Shown here piece after piece: positions 53,196 through 62,710 of a stretch of DNA of 64,000 nt; the stretch's first letter is position 1, and every line of letters starts with the position of its first letter. The stretch covers positions 133,987 to 197,986 of the forward strand of contig JBBIJY010000001.1 in the NCBI GenBank assembly GCA_037445735.1. Direction: 5' to 3'. The translations under genes were made by a program, and so were the position numbers. The notes below the pieces were generated by a model. The model was not told the origin of the DNA. It was given only the letters and a program-made list of their open reading frames with translations, and ran no database searches. The stretch is from Armatimonadota bacterium. GTDB lineage: Bacteria; Armatimonadota; Fimbriimonadia; Fimbriimonadales; GBS-DC.

Positions 53196-54005
53196 CTACT
53201 GCCAGCGCTCCCAGAGTTCGGGATACTGATTCGGGTTCAGATCGATGCGAGAGCAATAGGTATTGTCGTCGCGCTCGCACTCCTTTTCGGGCAGCCCGTA
53301 GAGCTGTTCAAACGGCGTCGCCTTCGTGTGCCCATCGGCGAAGGTGACCACCACCTGCTTTTGATGGCGCCCGTGCGGACGCTGGTGGAACCCCGCGCCA
53401 ACCTGCAGACCCTGTGCCGACGGAAACGGCGAATAGACCACATTCATATAGTAGCCGTAATCGCGCCAGAGCGGATAACTCTGAGTGCCCGATGGAATGC
53501 TGTCCATCGCAAACACATGGCTTGCCGGCTTGTCCAGCGCAGCCAGCGATTTGCTGTTCACCGCCCAGGGGTTACCGCAGGTCCACAGATAGCCCATCGG
53601 CGAGGGATAGGCAGCGCCGTAGCCGACGCGACCCTCGCACAGCAGGCGCCGACCTGTCGCCGTCGACTCAATCACCCGCTTCGCTGTGGGACAGCGCGAA
53701 AAGAGATTGTCCTTCGAGTAGGGCTGAAGCCAGTAGAGGTAGCCAATCGAGGTGCAGCCCGAATAGCCACCACCACAGAAACCGGGCGGCGGCTCCATCG
53801 CAATCTCCGCGAAGGGGAACATCTCGTCGTAGTCCTGAATATACATCATCGTGGCAAGCCCGATCTGCTTGTTCTGCGACAGACACTGCGTTTTGCGCGC
53901 CGCCTCCCGCGCCTGCGCGAACACCGGAAACAGAATCGCCGCCAGAATCGCGATAATGGCAATCACCACCAGCAGCTCAATCAGAGTAAATCCGCGTCGA
54001 TTCAT
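53196..54005 (-). CDS. Prepilin-type N-terminal cleavage/methylation protein (DUF1559, H-X9-DG)
   Basis: [32 protein letters not shown]...CLS; RH...V.F.DGH. Confidence 0.93.
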   Translation of the reverse strand: MNRRGFTLIELLVVIAIIAILAAILFPVFAQAREAARKTQCLSQNKQIGLATMMYIQDYDEMFPFAEIAMEPPPGFCGGGYSGCTSIGYLYWLQPYSKDNLFSRCPTAKRVIESTATGRRLLCEGRVGYGAAYPSPMGYLWTCGNPWAVNSKSLAALDKPASHVFAMDSIPSGTQSYPLWRDYGYYMNVVYSPFPSAQGLQVGAGFHQRPHGRHQKQVVVTFADGHTKATPFEQLYGLPEKECERDDNTYCSRIDLNPNQYPELWERWQ

Positions 54006-54057
54006 CACCGTCTCCTCCTGTATAACCATTATACCCCATCCTCAAAGGGTTATCGGC

Positions 54058-54354
54058 TCAGTCGAACACATCGAAAATCTCCTCCAGCCAGTTGCGCTTG
54101 CGTTTGCGCGGGTGCTGGGGAGAAGGAGGGGGTTCGTCATCCTCGCAGGGTTCGGGGTATGCGGGTGTGGGGCGTGGGCGTGCCGATGGGGGCGGCGGCG
54201 CAGGCTCGACAGACGATGCGGTGGCATAGCGCTCAATAATCTTGTCCAGCTCACCCCGATCGAGCCAGACGCCGCGACAGTTCGGGCAGTAGTCGATCTC
54301 GATGCCCGCGCGCTCGGCAATCTTCAGCTCCACCTGACAGACAGGACACTTCAT
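54058..54354 (-). CDS. TFIIB-like zinc-ribbon protein (zf-TFIIB)
   Basis: MKCPVC...IEIDYCPNCRGVWLDRGELDKII...WLEEIFD. Confidence 0.9.
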   Translation of the reverse strand: MKCPVCQVELKIAERAGIEIDYCPNCRGVWLDRGELDKIIERYATASSVEPAPPPPSARPRPTPAYPEPCEDDEPPPSPQHPRKRKRNWLEEIFDVFD

Positions 54355-54431
54355 CGCACCCAGAATCATACCCGCTCATGCGTCAGGGTGCATGGGGTAT
54401 ACTATCGTTTGCCTGACAGGAGGATCACGCC

Positions 54432-55484
54432 TTGAGTACACGGGTCAAAAATCGGATGACGGAAGAGGAAAAACTCGCGCGGTATCGCGATCGACTCACC
54501 CGCGAGGATTTGCTGGAGATATACCGGCGGATGTGGTTCGCACGGGTCTTTGACGAAACGCTTTACGATTTGAAAAAGAAGGGGCGACTACGACGTGGCA
54601 ATGTGTACGGCTCGCGCGGGCAGGAGGCGATCCAGGTGGGCACGAGCTATCCGCTGCGCCCGACCGACTTCGTGTCGCCCATCCATCGCGATATGCCCAT
54701 CTTCGTCTTCAAGGGCATGAGTACCCGCGCGGTGATGTGCCAGATCTGGGGCAAGGCGAACGCGCCCACGCGCGGCAAAGACTCCTGGAGCCATATGGGC
54801 GACCTGAAGCTGGGCATCATCCACTCCACCAGCATGCTCGGCTCCACCATTCCCGTCGCCTGCGGTGTGGCGTGGGCGCTGCGGCTGGACGGCAAGACCG
54901 ATAGCGTCATCATGACCTATCTGGGCGAGGGCGCGACCGCCACAGGCGCGTTCCACGAAGGCATGAACTATGCTGCCGTGCATAAATTGCCCATCGTGCT
55001 GATTATCGAAAACAATCAATATGCCTACTCCACGCCCGTGGAGCTGGAGGTGCCCACGCCGCGCGTGGCAGACCGTGCGCTGGGTTATGGCATTCCCGGC
55101 TACTCGGTGGACGGTAACGATGTGCTGGAGGTGTACGACGCCACCTGCGCGGCGATTGAGCATGCCCGCGCCGGGCGCGGACCCAGCATCGTGGAGTGCG
55201 TTACCTATCGCCTGCAGGGGCACGCTGACCACGATGAAACGCGCGCCCGCCAGTATCGCCCCGTTGAGGAGATCGAGCTATGGGAGAAGCGCGACCCGCT
55301 GCCCCGCTTTCGAGAATATCTGCTCAGCACCGGGCTGTTCAGCGAAGAAGAGTTGCCCACACCGCCCCCTGATGTGGTCGCCGAGATTCAGGACGCCGTC
55401 GAGTACGCCATCCACAGCCCTGACCCGGAGCCGCACACGGCATTAGAGGACATTTATGATGAGAGCGCGGGGGTGTCCCGATGA
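54432..55484 (+). CDS. 2-oxoacid dehydrogenase E1 alpha subunit
   Basis: GQEA, GEGAT..G.FHE..N.A, ENNQYA.ST, VDGND, TYR..GH. Confidence 0.92.
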   Translation: MSTRVKNRMTEEEKLARYRDRLTREDLLEIYRRMWFARVFDETLYDLKKKGRLRRGNVYGSRGQEAIQVGTSYPLRPTDFVSPIHRDMPIFVFKGMSTRAVMCQIWGKANAPTRGKDSWSHMGDLKLGIIHSTSMLGSTIPVACGVAWALRLDGKTDSVIMTYLGEGATATGAFHEGMNYAAVHKLPIVLIIENNQYAYSTPVELEVPTPRVADRALGYGIPGYSVDGNDVLEVYDATCAAIEHARAGRGPSIVECVTYRLQGHADHDETRARQYRPVEEIELWEKRDPLPRFREYLLSTGLFSEEELPTPPPDVVAEIQDAVEYAIHSPDPEPHTALEDIYDESAGVSR

Positions 55485-56467
55485 GGGAAGTGACTCTGCT
55501 GGAGGCGATCCGCGCTGCCCTCTGGGAAGAGATGGAGCGCGACCCGAGTGTGTTCCTGATTGGCGAGGACATCGGGCGGCTGGGTGGCGCGTTCGGCGTG
55601 ACGCACGGCTTTCTGGAGCATTTCGGACCCGATCGGGTGGTGGACGCGCCCATCTCCGAGACCGCCATCATCGGTGTGGCGGTGGGCGCCGCCGCGATGG
55701 GCAAACGCCCCATCGCCGAAATGCAGTTTATGGACTTCATCTCCTGCGGATTCGATCAGGTGGTGAATGTGGCGGCGACCTATCGCTACCGCTCAGGTGG
55801 CACGGTGAGCCTGCCCCTCGTCATTCGGGGTCCGTCGGGCGGCTATGTGGGCGGCAGCCTCTATCACAGCCAGCAGTTCGAAGCGTGGTTCTTCCATGTG
55901 CCCGGTCTCAAGGTGGTTCAGCCCGCCTTCCCCGACGACGCCTACGGTCTGATGAAAGCCGCCATCCGCGACAACAACCCTGTGCTGTTTTTTGAGCATA
56001 AATATCTCTATCGCCGAATCAAAGGCACCATCCCGCAGGCGAGCGACGATTTTATTGTGCCGCTGGGTGAGGCGCGAATCCGCCGCACGGGCAACCATCT
56101 GACCATCGTGACCTACGGCGCACTGGTGCATTTCGCGCTGGAGGCAGCGCAGCAGCTGGAGGCGGAGGGCATCTCCGCCGAGGTGATCGACCTGCGCACC
56201 ATCAAGCCGCTGGACATGGAGACGATAGCGAACTCGGTGCGCAAGACGAGCAAGGTGCTGATTGCCTATGAGGCGCCGCTCACAGGCGGTGTGGGCGCGG
56301 AGATCGCAGCGCGAATTGCGGAGAATATGTTCGAGTGGCTCGATGCGCCCATTATGCGCGTGGCGGCGAAGGACAGCTTCGTGCCGTTCGCCGAGCCGCT
56401 GGAGAAGTTCGTGCTACCCAGCGTGGACGATATCCTGCTAACGGCGCGGCAACTAACACGCTATTGA
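55481..56467 (+). CDS. 2-oxoacid dehydrogenase E1 beta subunit
   Basis: GEDIG..GG.F..T, D.PISE, EMQF.DF, HSQ, FFEHK, IDLRT. Confidence 0.95.
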   Translation: MREVTLLEAIRAALWEEMERDPSVFLIGEDIGRLGGAFGVTHGFLEHFGPDRVVDAPISETAIIGVAVGAAAMGKRPIAEMQFMDFISCGFDQVVNVAATYRYRSGGTVSLPLVIRGPSGGYVGGSLYHSQQFEAWFFHVPGLKVVQPAFPDDAYGLMKAAIRDNNPVLFFEHKYLYRRIKGTIPQASDDFIVPLGEARIRRTGNHLTIVTYGALVHFALEAAQQLEAEGISAEVIDLRTIKPLDMETIANSVRKTSKVLIAYEAPLTGGVGAEIAARIAENMFEWLDAPIMRVAAKDSFVPFAEPLEKFVLPSVDDILLTARQLTRY

Positions 56468-56481
56468 GGGAGGCATACAGG

Positions 56482-57801
56482 ATGGCGGTCGCTGTGGTGA
56501 TGCCGGAGCTGGGCGAGAGCATCGTGGAGGGCACCATCGTGCGCTGGCTCAAAAACGAGGGCGAGCGCGTGCAGGAAGACGAACCCATCGTGGAGATTAT
56601 GACCGACAAGGTGAACACGGAGCTGCCTGCGCCCGCCAGCGGCGTGCTCACGCGCGTGCTGGTGCCCGCGAACGCCACCGTGCGCGTCGGTCAGGAGTTA
56701 GCCCTGATTGAGCCAGAAGGCGCACAGGCAGATCGTGGCGCGGGCGTCCCGCCCGCAGGAGCGGAGCCTGTCCCTGTGCCGCCGCCTGTGCCCGAAAGCG
56801 CTGGTTTTTACGCATCGGAGCCAGCCGAAGCGCCGTTAGCAACCGCGCCAGCCCCCGCACCCCCGGAAGGCGACGGCAAACGCACGGGCAGAGGGCTGTT
56901 TCTGTCGCCCGTGGTGCAAAAAATCGTGCGCGAGCAGAACATCAGCGAGGAAGAGCTGCGTGCTATCAGGGGCACCGGCGTCGGCGGGCGGATCACCCGC
57001 GCCGATATCGAGCGCTATCTCGCCCAGCGCACCGCTGTGCCGAAACCCGCGCCTGCACCGACTCCTGCCCCCGCGCCGACACCCGTCGCCGCGCCCAGCG
57101 AAGGCGAGGAAATCATCCCGCTGGTCGGCATGCGCAAAGCGATTGCCGAACACCTCGCCCGTTCCTACCAGACCGCTGTGCATGTCACCACTGTGGTTCA
57201 GGTGGATGTGTCGCGCTTGGTGGAGTTCCGCGAGCGCAACAAAGAATCGTTCCAGCAGCAGTACGGCGTGCGGCTGACCTACACGCCGTTCTTCATCAAG
57301 GCGGCGGTGGACGCCCTGCGGGAGTTCCCGATGCTGAACGCCTCGCTCGTGGATGACCAGATTATCGTGCGCCACTATGTGCATATGGGCGTGGCGGTCG
57401 CGCTCGGCGAGAAGGGCGAGGAGGGGCTGATTGTGCCCGTGATTCGCGACGCGCATAAGAAGTCGATCATTGAACTCTCGCAGGAGCTGGAGGCGATAGC
57501 CCAGCGTGCCCGCAGCAAGAGCATCAGCCTCGCGGAGGTGCAGGGCGCGACCTTCACGCTCACCAACCCGGGCAGCTACGGCGCCCTGATCGGCACGCCC
57601 ATCATCAACCATCCGCAAACCGCCATCCTGGGCACCTACGCCATCGTGAAGATGCCAGTGGTCATTAACGACATGATTGCGATTCGTCCCATGATGCATC
57701 TGTGCCTGAGTTATGACCACCGACTGATTGACGGGATGTATGCGGGTCGCTTCCTGCAGCGGGTCAAACGCGCGATTGAGGAGTTCGAGTTTTTCCGTTA
57801 G
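56482..57801 (+). CDS. Dihydrolipoamide acyltransferase (E2)
   Basis: Lipoyl MP.LGES..EG...TDKV; SP.V...GTG.GGRIT..D; DHRLIDG. Confidence 0.95.
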   Translation: MAVAVVMPELGESIVEGTIVRWLKNEGERVQEDEPIVEIMTDKVNTELPAPASGVLTRVLVPANATVRVGQELALIEPEGAQADRGAGVPPAGAEPVPVPPPVPESAGFYASEPAEAPLATAPAPAPPEGDGKRTGRGLFLSPVVQKIVREQNISEEELRAIRGTGVGGRITRADIERYLAQRTAVPKPAPAPTPAPAPTPVAAPSEGEEIIPLVGMRKAIAEHLARSYQTAVHVTTVVQVDVSRLVEFRERNKESFQQQYGVRLTYTPFFIKAAVDALREFPMLNASLVDDQIIVRHYVHMGVAVALGEKGEEGLIVPVIRDAHKKSIIELSQELEAIAQRARSKSISLAEVQGATFTLTNPGSYGALIGTPIINHPQTAILGTYAIVKMPVVINDMIAIRPMMHLCLSYDHRLIDGMYAGRFLQRVKRAIEEFEFFR

Positions 57802-57830
57802 CACGGCTTCCATCCGACCCGTCCCCCAAA

Positions 57831-57864
57831 GAAACCGCCCCGTCGTCCCCCACGGGGCGGTTTC
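57831..57864. terminator. Hairpin between convergent genes, probable bidirectional terminator
   Basis: GAAACCGCCCCGT-cgtccccc-ACGGGGCGGTTTC perfect 13-bp stem. Confidence 0.7.
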
Positions 57865-57868
57865 GCTT

Positions 57869-58954
57869 TCAGAACGAATCGGTGGGCAGGTAGATAGCGG
57901 GACGCGGCGGGTAGCGCGTGGTGAGGGTGCGAGGCAGGTCAGGCAGGTCTGAATCGTCATACAGTCCGAACAGCAGGCGCAGCGCCTGTGCCCCCGACAG
58001 GCTCTCCAGCTCGGCGGGTGGTGGGGCGCCCAGCCGCTCAAAAGCGTCCCTCAGCCGTTCGTGCTTGCCGATTCGCACCATCGGCAGGCGCACGGGCATC
58101 CGCACCAGCCGATCCAGGCGTGGCTGGAGCCACCGCTCCGAATCGCGCACGGGCACGCACCAGCGCACATAGTCTGCCCCTGCCTGCAATGCCACCGCGT
58201 TCACAAATCCCACAAGCGCGTCTACCGATTCATCATCCGCCTGCTCCATACCCATCTCGATGAGTGAGAGCGCCTCGACGCGGGTGGAGCCGTCGTCCAG
58301 CTGGCAGTGGTGGGTTTCGATGCCGAGATAGCCGCGCGGCTCGCCGTCGTACTCTGCGATATAGAAGCCGCGTCGCCAGTTCGGGTCGTCCCAGCGCAGC
58401 CAGACGCGCCAGTAGGTCTCATCACGCACCACCGTGAAGGGATGGTCGGCGTAGGTGCGCTCATGCCAGCGCTGAACCAGCGGCAAATCGTGCGGTTCAG
58501 CCGCACGAAACCGCCAGCGGTCGTTCAGCGCCGCTGGTCCGGGCGGCGCGACGGGAACCTGCACGGTTAGCGGCTCCCAGCCCAGCCGCGCATAGAAATC
58601 ATGAATGCCCGTGAACAGCAGAGCAAAGGTGAAGTCTTCCGAGTCGATCACGGTATGGGCGTCGCGCATCAGCTGGGAGGCGAGACCGCGCCCGCGATAG
58701 TCGGGCAGCGTCGCCACATTCGCAATCCCTGCCATCCACACCGTGTGTCCATTCAATCGCACGGCGCGGCGCACAATCTGCACCGTGGCAATTAGTCGCC
58801 CGTCCAGCTCGCACACACGCGTGTAGTCGGGCTTCCACAGCGGGTCGAGAAAGTAGCGTACGAAGTAATCTTCGCCTGGCGTGAAGATGCGCGTCCACAG
58901 CTGCAGGCACTCCTCCTGCTCGTTCAGGCGGAGGGTGCGGAAGCGGGGCGTCAT
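57869..58954 (-). CDS. GNAT acetyltransferase (Eis-like)
   Basis: GIANVAT.PDYRGRGLAS.LM, FYARLGW. Confidence 0.85.
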   Translation of the reverse strand: MTPRFRTLRLNEQEECLQLWTRIFTPGEDYFVRYFLDPLWKPDYTRVCELDGRLIATVQIVRRAVRLNGHTVWMAGIANVATLPDYRGRGLASQLMRDAHTVIDSEDFTFALLFTGIHDFYARLGWEPLTVQVPVAPPGPAALNDRWRFRAAEPHDLPLVQRWHERTYADHPFTVVRDETYWRVWLRWDDPNWRRGFYIAEYDGEPRGYLGIETHHCQLDDGSTRVEALSLIEMGMEQADDESVDALVGFVNAVALQAGADYVRWCVPVRDSERWLQPRLDRLVRMPVRLPMVRIGKHERLRDAFERLGAPPPAELESLSGAQALRLLFGLYDDSDLPDLPRTLTTRYPPRPAIYLPTDSF

Positions 58955-59247
58955 TCTTCGCTCAGCTCCTCTGGCAGCTCGTCGCCGCTTTCGAACAGGT
59001 CATCGCCGAGCAGCCGCTTGCGCTCCTCCGCTTCCAGGTCTTCCAGCCCGACCTCGCCCTCCACAAAGGCGATCTCATCATCGGGTGCAATCGCGATGCG
59101 TTCCTCCTCGTCATCGGCAATCGGCAGCGGGAACCACTGCTGCGGGTTCACCTTGCGGCAGGCGTCGCACACGAAACGGATATTGACCGTCGCCATCCAG
59201 AGGGGAACCTTATCCATCGTCTTGCCACATTCTGCGCAGGTAATCAT
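58951..59247 (-). CDS. Small zinc-finger protein with acidic tail
   Basis: MITCAECGK...FVCDAC then a D/E-rich tail; GGAGG RBS; coupled to both neighbours. Confidence 0.75.
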   Translation of the reverse strand: MITCAECGKTMDKVPLWMATVNIRFVCDACRKVNPQQWFPLPIADDEEERIAIAPDDEIAFVEGEVGLEDLEAEERKRLLGDDLFESGDELPEELSEE

Positions 59248-59510
59248 CGGGTAGTCGCCTCCTGTTGACCGCTTGCGGGCTGGTTCGCCTTTCTGGCTTT
59301 CTCCTCTTCCAGTTCGCGCAGGTACTGCCGATGGGAGAGGATGCCGTTGATGAGCATCACGAGCGCGGCGAGCAGATAGAGCCACGCCAGACGCGGGTCC
59401 ACATCCTGACCCGGATCGGCAATCACCTCGTTGCCGCGCGCCAGCCCCACGATGCCAATCACCGCCAGCATCAGCGCGATCCAGAAGTCGGTCTTCTTCC
59501 ACCAGCCCAT
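59244..59510 (-). CDS. Small two-TM membrane protein
   Basis: Two hydrophobic helices; 4-nt overlap with the next gene. Confidence 0.7.
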   Translation of the reverse strand: MGWWKKTDFWIALMLAVIGIVGLARGNEVIADPGQDVDPRLAWLYLLAALVMLINGILSHRQYLRELEEEKARKANQPASGQQEATTR

Positions 59511-59664
59511 AGCGGGGATTATTATACCCGTTCCGCTGGCGGGTGCATCAATGCATTTCGCTCATCCGCCCGCGCGGGTGGAGCCTGCTGATAGGCAACA
59601 TATTCGGGATAGAGGCGCAGGAGGCGTCGCTCCTCACGCGCCTCGAAAAAGTGTGAATCACCCG

Positions 59665-60357
59665 TCAGCGGCGTGGGTCATACAGATCGATGCGTCCGTC
59701 AGGCGTCCATGTCTGCTCGAAACGATACCATCGGGCGTGCCCGTCCACAAAGGTGTAGTTCGCGCCACCGCTGTGCCACTTCATCGCCAGCTCCAGCACA
59801 GGCTCGATATAGGTGCCGCAATCGTTGGGCCAGCGCCACGCTGCCGGGTGATAATGGTCAGCGACGCCACTGGCGTTCTCTTTCAATTCGGCGATGTAGA
59901 TGGTGCTGGCAGGTGATTGAATCGACGCCAGCCGATTATAGCCTGCGCAGTTGCGCGACAGATCGTCCACATCGAGGCGCGCCAGCATCCAGAAGTTGGT
60001 GCCGTAGGAGGTGCGTCGCACGGTGCGGTAGCCTGGAAGCGGTCGCTCCCAGTTGGTGCTGGGATCGCTGGGGCAGCGGTAGAGCAGTTGCGTCTTCACA
60101 TAGGGCTGGAGCGTCTGCAGCCACACCCAGGGCGCACTGCCCGCGCCACCCGTATGGCTATCCAGTGGGAAGGTCTCGTCATAGTCCTGCAGGTACATCT
60201 GCACGCCAAGCCCCATCTGGCGCATATTGGACAGGCACTGCGTCTGGCGGGCTTTCTCCCGCGCCTGCGCAAACACAGGGAACAGGATCGCCGCCAGAAT
60301 CGCGATGATCGCGATTACAACCAGCAGCTCAATCAGTGTAAACGCTTTGCGTTGCAT
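59665..60357 (-). CDS. Prepilin-type protein (DUF1559, H-X9-DG)
   Basis: [48 protein letters not shown]. Confidence 0.93.
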   Translation of the reverse strand: MQRKAFTLIELLVVIAIIAILAAILFPVFAQAREKARQTQCLSNMRQMGLGVQMYLQDYDETFPLDSHTGGAGSAPWVWLQTLQPYVKTQLLYRCPSDPSTNWERPLPGYRTVRRTSYGTNFWMLARLDVDDLSRNCAGYNRLASIQSPASTIYIAELKENASGVADHYHPAAWRWPNDCGTYIEPVLELAMKWHSGGANYTFVDGHARWYRFEQTWTPDGRIDLYDPRR

Positions 60358-60433
60358 TGTTGCTCACCTCCCGACATCGTTTGTGGGGGCAGGAGCGGTC
60401 ATAGCGCCCCTGCCCTTGCTCACAGTGCGGTTC

Positions 60434-61042
60434 TCATCGCTGGCGACGCTGGCGGAGCGCAATCAGCCCCAGCCCGATTATCAGCACGCCCGCGGAGGCA
60501 GGCTCTGGCACAAACGCCAGCGTGTACTCCACCGCCGAATCGTTCAGCGGAGCACCATCGAACGCCGTGCCGCTCACCAGGCGGAACCGAAAGAGGAGCG
60601 GGTCGTCTTCGGTGGGAAGCCGGTTAGACGCAAAGATGATGTGCTGGTGAACCGATTCGGGGTCGCTCGGATCGTAGGTCAGCGTCCAGCGGCCGGGCAG
60701 ACCCTCGCCGAAGATGGGGTTGGTCTCACCCTCCACCACGCCGTACAGCCCGCTGGCGATGAACACCTGCTGGACTGTCACCTGCAGCAGCTGAGGGTTC
60801 GACGCTCCCTCCTCCGTGTAGAAGTCCCAGCCGACATCGACGCCGAAGATGCCAGGCAGAAGCTCGTCCAGCGTGTATTCGAGGCGATAGGGCGGCTCCG
60901 CCAGCTCATGCGGTTCAATCACCGCCAGCGTGTCGCCCACATAGCCGAGATGGATGTCCTCCTCATGATCGTGCTGAGCGAAGCTGCTCAGCGTCAGCGC
61001 CATCAGCATCAATCCCGTGATCAGCATGTGCCATCGTTTCAT
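60434..61042 (-). CDS. PEP-CTERM surface protein with His motifs
   Basis: Signal peptide then QHDHEED; HQH; VPEP + TM + RQRRQR. Confidence 0.88.
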   Translation of the reverse strand: MKRWHMLITGLMLMALTLSSFAQHDHEEDIHLGYVGDTLAVIEPHELAEPPYRLEYTLDELLPGIFGVDVGWDFYTEEGASNPQLLQVTVQQVFIASGLYGVVEGETNPIFGEGLPGRWTLTYDPSDPESVHQHIIFASNRLPTEDDPLLFRFRLVSGTAFDGAPLNDSAVEYTLAFVPEPASAGVLIIGLGLIALRQRRQR

Positions 61043-61069
61043 CGTTGTTTACCTCCGTTTCAGCGTGTG

Positions 61070-61999
61070 TCAGGGCTGGGAGCCTTCGCCCACCCGCCCG
61101 AAGTTGAACAGCACGGTCAACAAATCGGCGTCGTCGACCGTGCCATCGCCGTTCACATCTTCCGCCAGCGACGAACCCGTCTGACCGAAAGCGAACAGCA
61201 CGGATAGCAGATCGGCGTCGTCGATCACATCGTCGCCGTTGATGTCGCCCGCGTAGGGGAACTGCCAGTCGGCGCGAGCGCTGCCGCCAAGCGGGAAGTT
61301 CGTCAGTCGGCGCGAGAGGTGCTTGCTCAATCGGGCGACGATGGTCGCGACACCTGTGCGGTTGAAGCCCACCATATAGGTGTGAATGGCGTCGGGATTG
61401 GGCGGCAGGCTCTGGCTGACCTCCGACTGGTTCGGCTGGCGAACCGAGACGGTCAGCATCAGGTCGTAGAGGGAGCCAGCGTAGCCCTGTGCAGGAACCA
61501 CATCGCCATACAGAATGGAGGGGCTGCCCGCCACCATATAGATGCGGTAGACCTGCCGCATATCGGCAAGAGGCGTGCCATCGAACGCCACGCCCTGCAC
61601 CGCCTGCAGGTCCCACACAAACACGCCCGACGCCGCTGTGCTGAAGATGAAGTGATGATGTGGCGTGCCGCTGGTGGGCAGATCAAAGAAGTTCGGGCAT
61701 CCAGAGGCGCAGAAGATGTTGCCGATGCCCGAACGCCTGCCAGTAAGACCCGGCGTGATCCAGCGCTGGGTAATCCGACACGACTGGAGCTGGGGAACCC
61801 CGTTCTCATAGTAGAAATCCGTGCCCACATCCAGCAGATAGGCGCCGGGCACGCTGGACATCGCGCGTACAGGGTGCGGATTCGGCTGAATCACCGCCAC
61901 CGCGCCGTCCTGCACGCCAAACAGCAGATCGTCCTCATGCTGTGCCGATGCTATCAGCACCAGCGTGATGACCATTATCCATAAAGCCCATCGTCTCAT
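61070..61999 (-). CDS. Secreted His-motif protein with dockerin-like C-terminus
   Basis: Signal peptide, QHEDD, PHHHF; GDINGDDVIDDADLL and DVNGDGTVDDADLL repeats. Confidence 0.85.
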   Translation of the reverse strand: MRRWALWIMVITLVLIASAQHEDDLLFGVQDGAVAVIQPNPHPVRAMSSVPGAYLLDVGTDFYYENGVPQLQSCRITQRWITPGLTGRRSGIGNIFCASGCPNFFDLPTSGTPHHHFIFSTAASGVFVWDLQAVQGVAFDGTPLADMRQVYRIYMVAGSPSILYGDVVPAQGYAGSLYDLMLTVSVRQPNQSEVSQSLPPNPDAIHTYMVGFNRTGVATIVARLSKHLSRRLTNFPLGGSARADWQFPYAGDINGDDVIDDADLLSVLFAFGQTGSSLAEDVNGDGTVDDADLLTVLFNFGRVGEGSQP

Positions 62000-62026
62000 C
62001 GTTCATCCTCCTGTGTTGTGTGAATC

Positions 62027-62175
62027 GTCGCGAGCGATGGCTCGCGAACGGGAAAAGTTTGTGAGACTGCTGCTATCGCTGTGCCCGATGGCGAATCGGG
62101 CGATAGAGACCTGCACCTGTGGCTCAGGGCGTTCTGGCGGCATCCACCGCCAGCGAGGGAAGATCAGCGATAGCG
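62027..62175 (-). promoter_or_regulatory. Structured intergenic leader RNA downstream of the RAPP leader peptide
   Basis: GCTATCGCTG/CAGCGATAGC outer stem enclosing GCCCGAT/ATCGGGC and CTGGCGG/CCGCCAG hairpins, plus a TCGCGAGC/GCTCGCGA hairpin. Confidence 0.55.
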
Positions 62176-62179
62176 GGGT

Positions 62180-62473
62180 TCAGGCGATGGGCGGGGCGCG
62201 CGGAACACGCTGCGTTGCTTGGGGCGATTGAACAACCAGAGAAGGTTCAGAACGGAAGCGTTGAAGGGGTTCCCAGGCTGGCTCCAGCGCCTTCTGAAGG
62301 GCGTTTGCATCCCCACCGGGGAGAGCGGGCAGGCTCTGGAGCGTGCAGACCAGACAGTCATGGGTGAGACCCGATGCATCGTGCGTGAGCGGGTGCAACA
62401 GGTTGCCCGTGAGCAACACGAGCAGCCACAGCGAAGCCACCCATGCCCAGCGCATCCGCACTGTCGGTCGCAT
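62180..62473 (-). CDS. DUF2946-like leader peptide with CxxC and C-terminal RAPP
   Basis: N-terminal hydrophobic helix, H...H......HDCLVC, ends PRAPPIA*. Confidence 0.8.
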   Translation of the reverse strand: MRPTVRMRWAWVASLWLLVLLTGNLLHPLTHDASGLTHDCLVCTLQSLPALPGGDANALQKALEPAWEPLQRFRSEPSLVVQSPQATQRVPRAPPIA

Positions 62474-62515
62474 CACCTCTATTATACCCCAGTTTAGTCC
62501 CTGTCAAGGGGTTCG

Positions 62516-62705
62516 GAGGCTATTCGAAAAATCCCATCTGGAAGCAGGATTCCTCGCCCAGAGAAAAGTATGCCCCTCACCCCGGCTCTCTCCCCAGCGG
62601 GGAGAGGGAGCAACGAAGCCCCTCTCCCCCGCCTGCGGGGGAGAGGGTACGGGTGAGGGGGCTTCACTGAGGTCGATATTATGCCCCGAGTTTTCGAACA
62701 GCCTC
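62516..62705. mobile_element. MITE-like element: 15-bp terminal inverted repeats enclosing a REP-like double hairpin
   Basis: GAGGCTATTCGAAAA (62516-62530) and TTTTCGAACAGCCTC (62691-62705), 14/15 match; hairpins at 62573-62661; no transposase. Confidence 0.75.
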
Positions 62706-62710
62706 ACTCT

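Noticed and set aside
57040-57100. Short tandem-like repeats in E2
   Set aside because: Ordinary Pro/Ala linker of dihydrolipoamide acyltransferase
59612-59650. Hairpin downstream of the prepilin as an intrinsic terminator
   Set aside because: Stem is present but the U-tract is on the wrong side for the minus-strand transcript; function unclear
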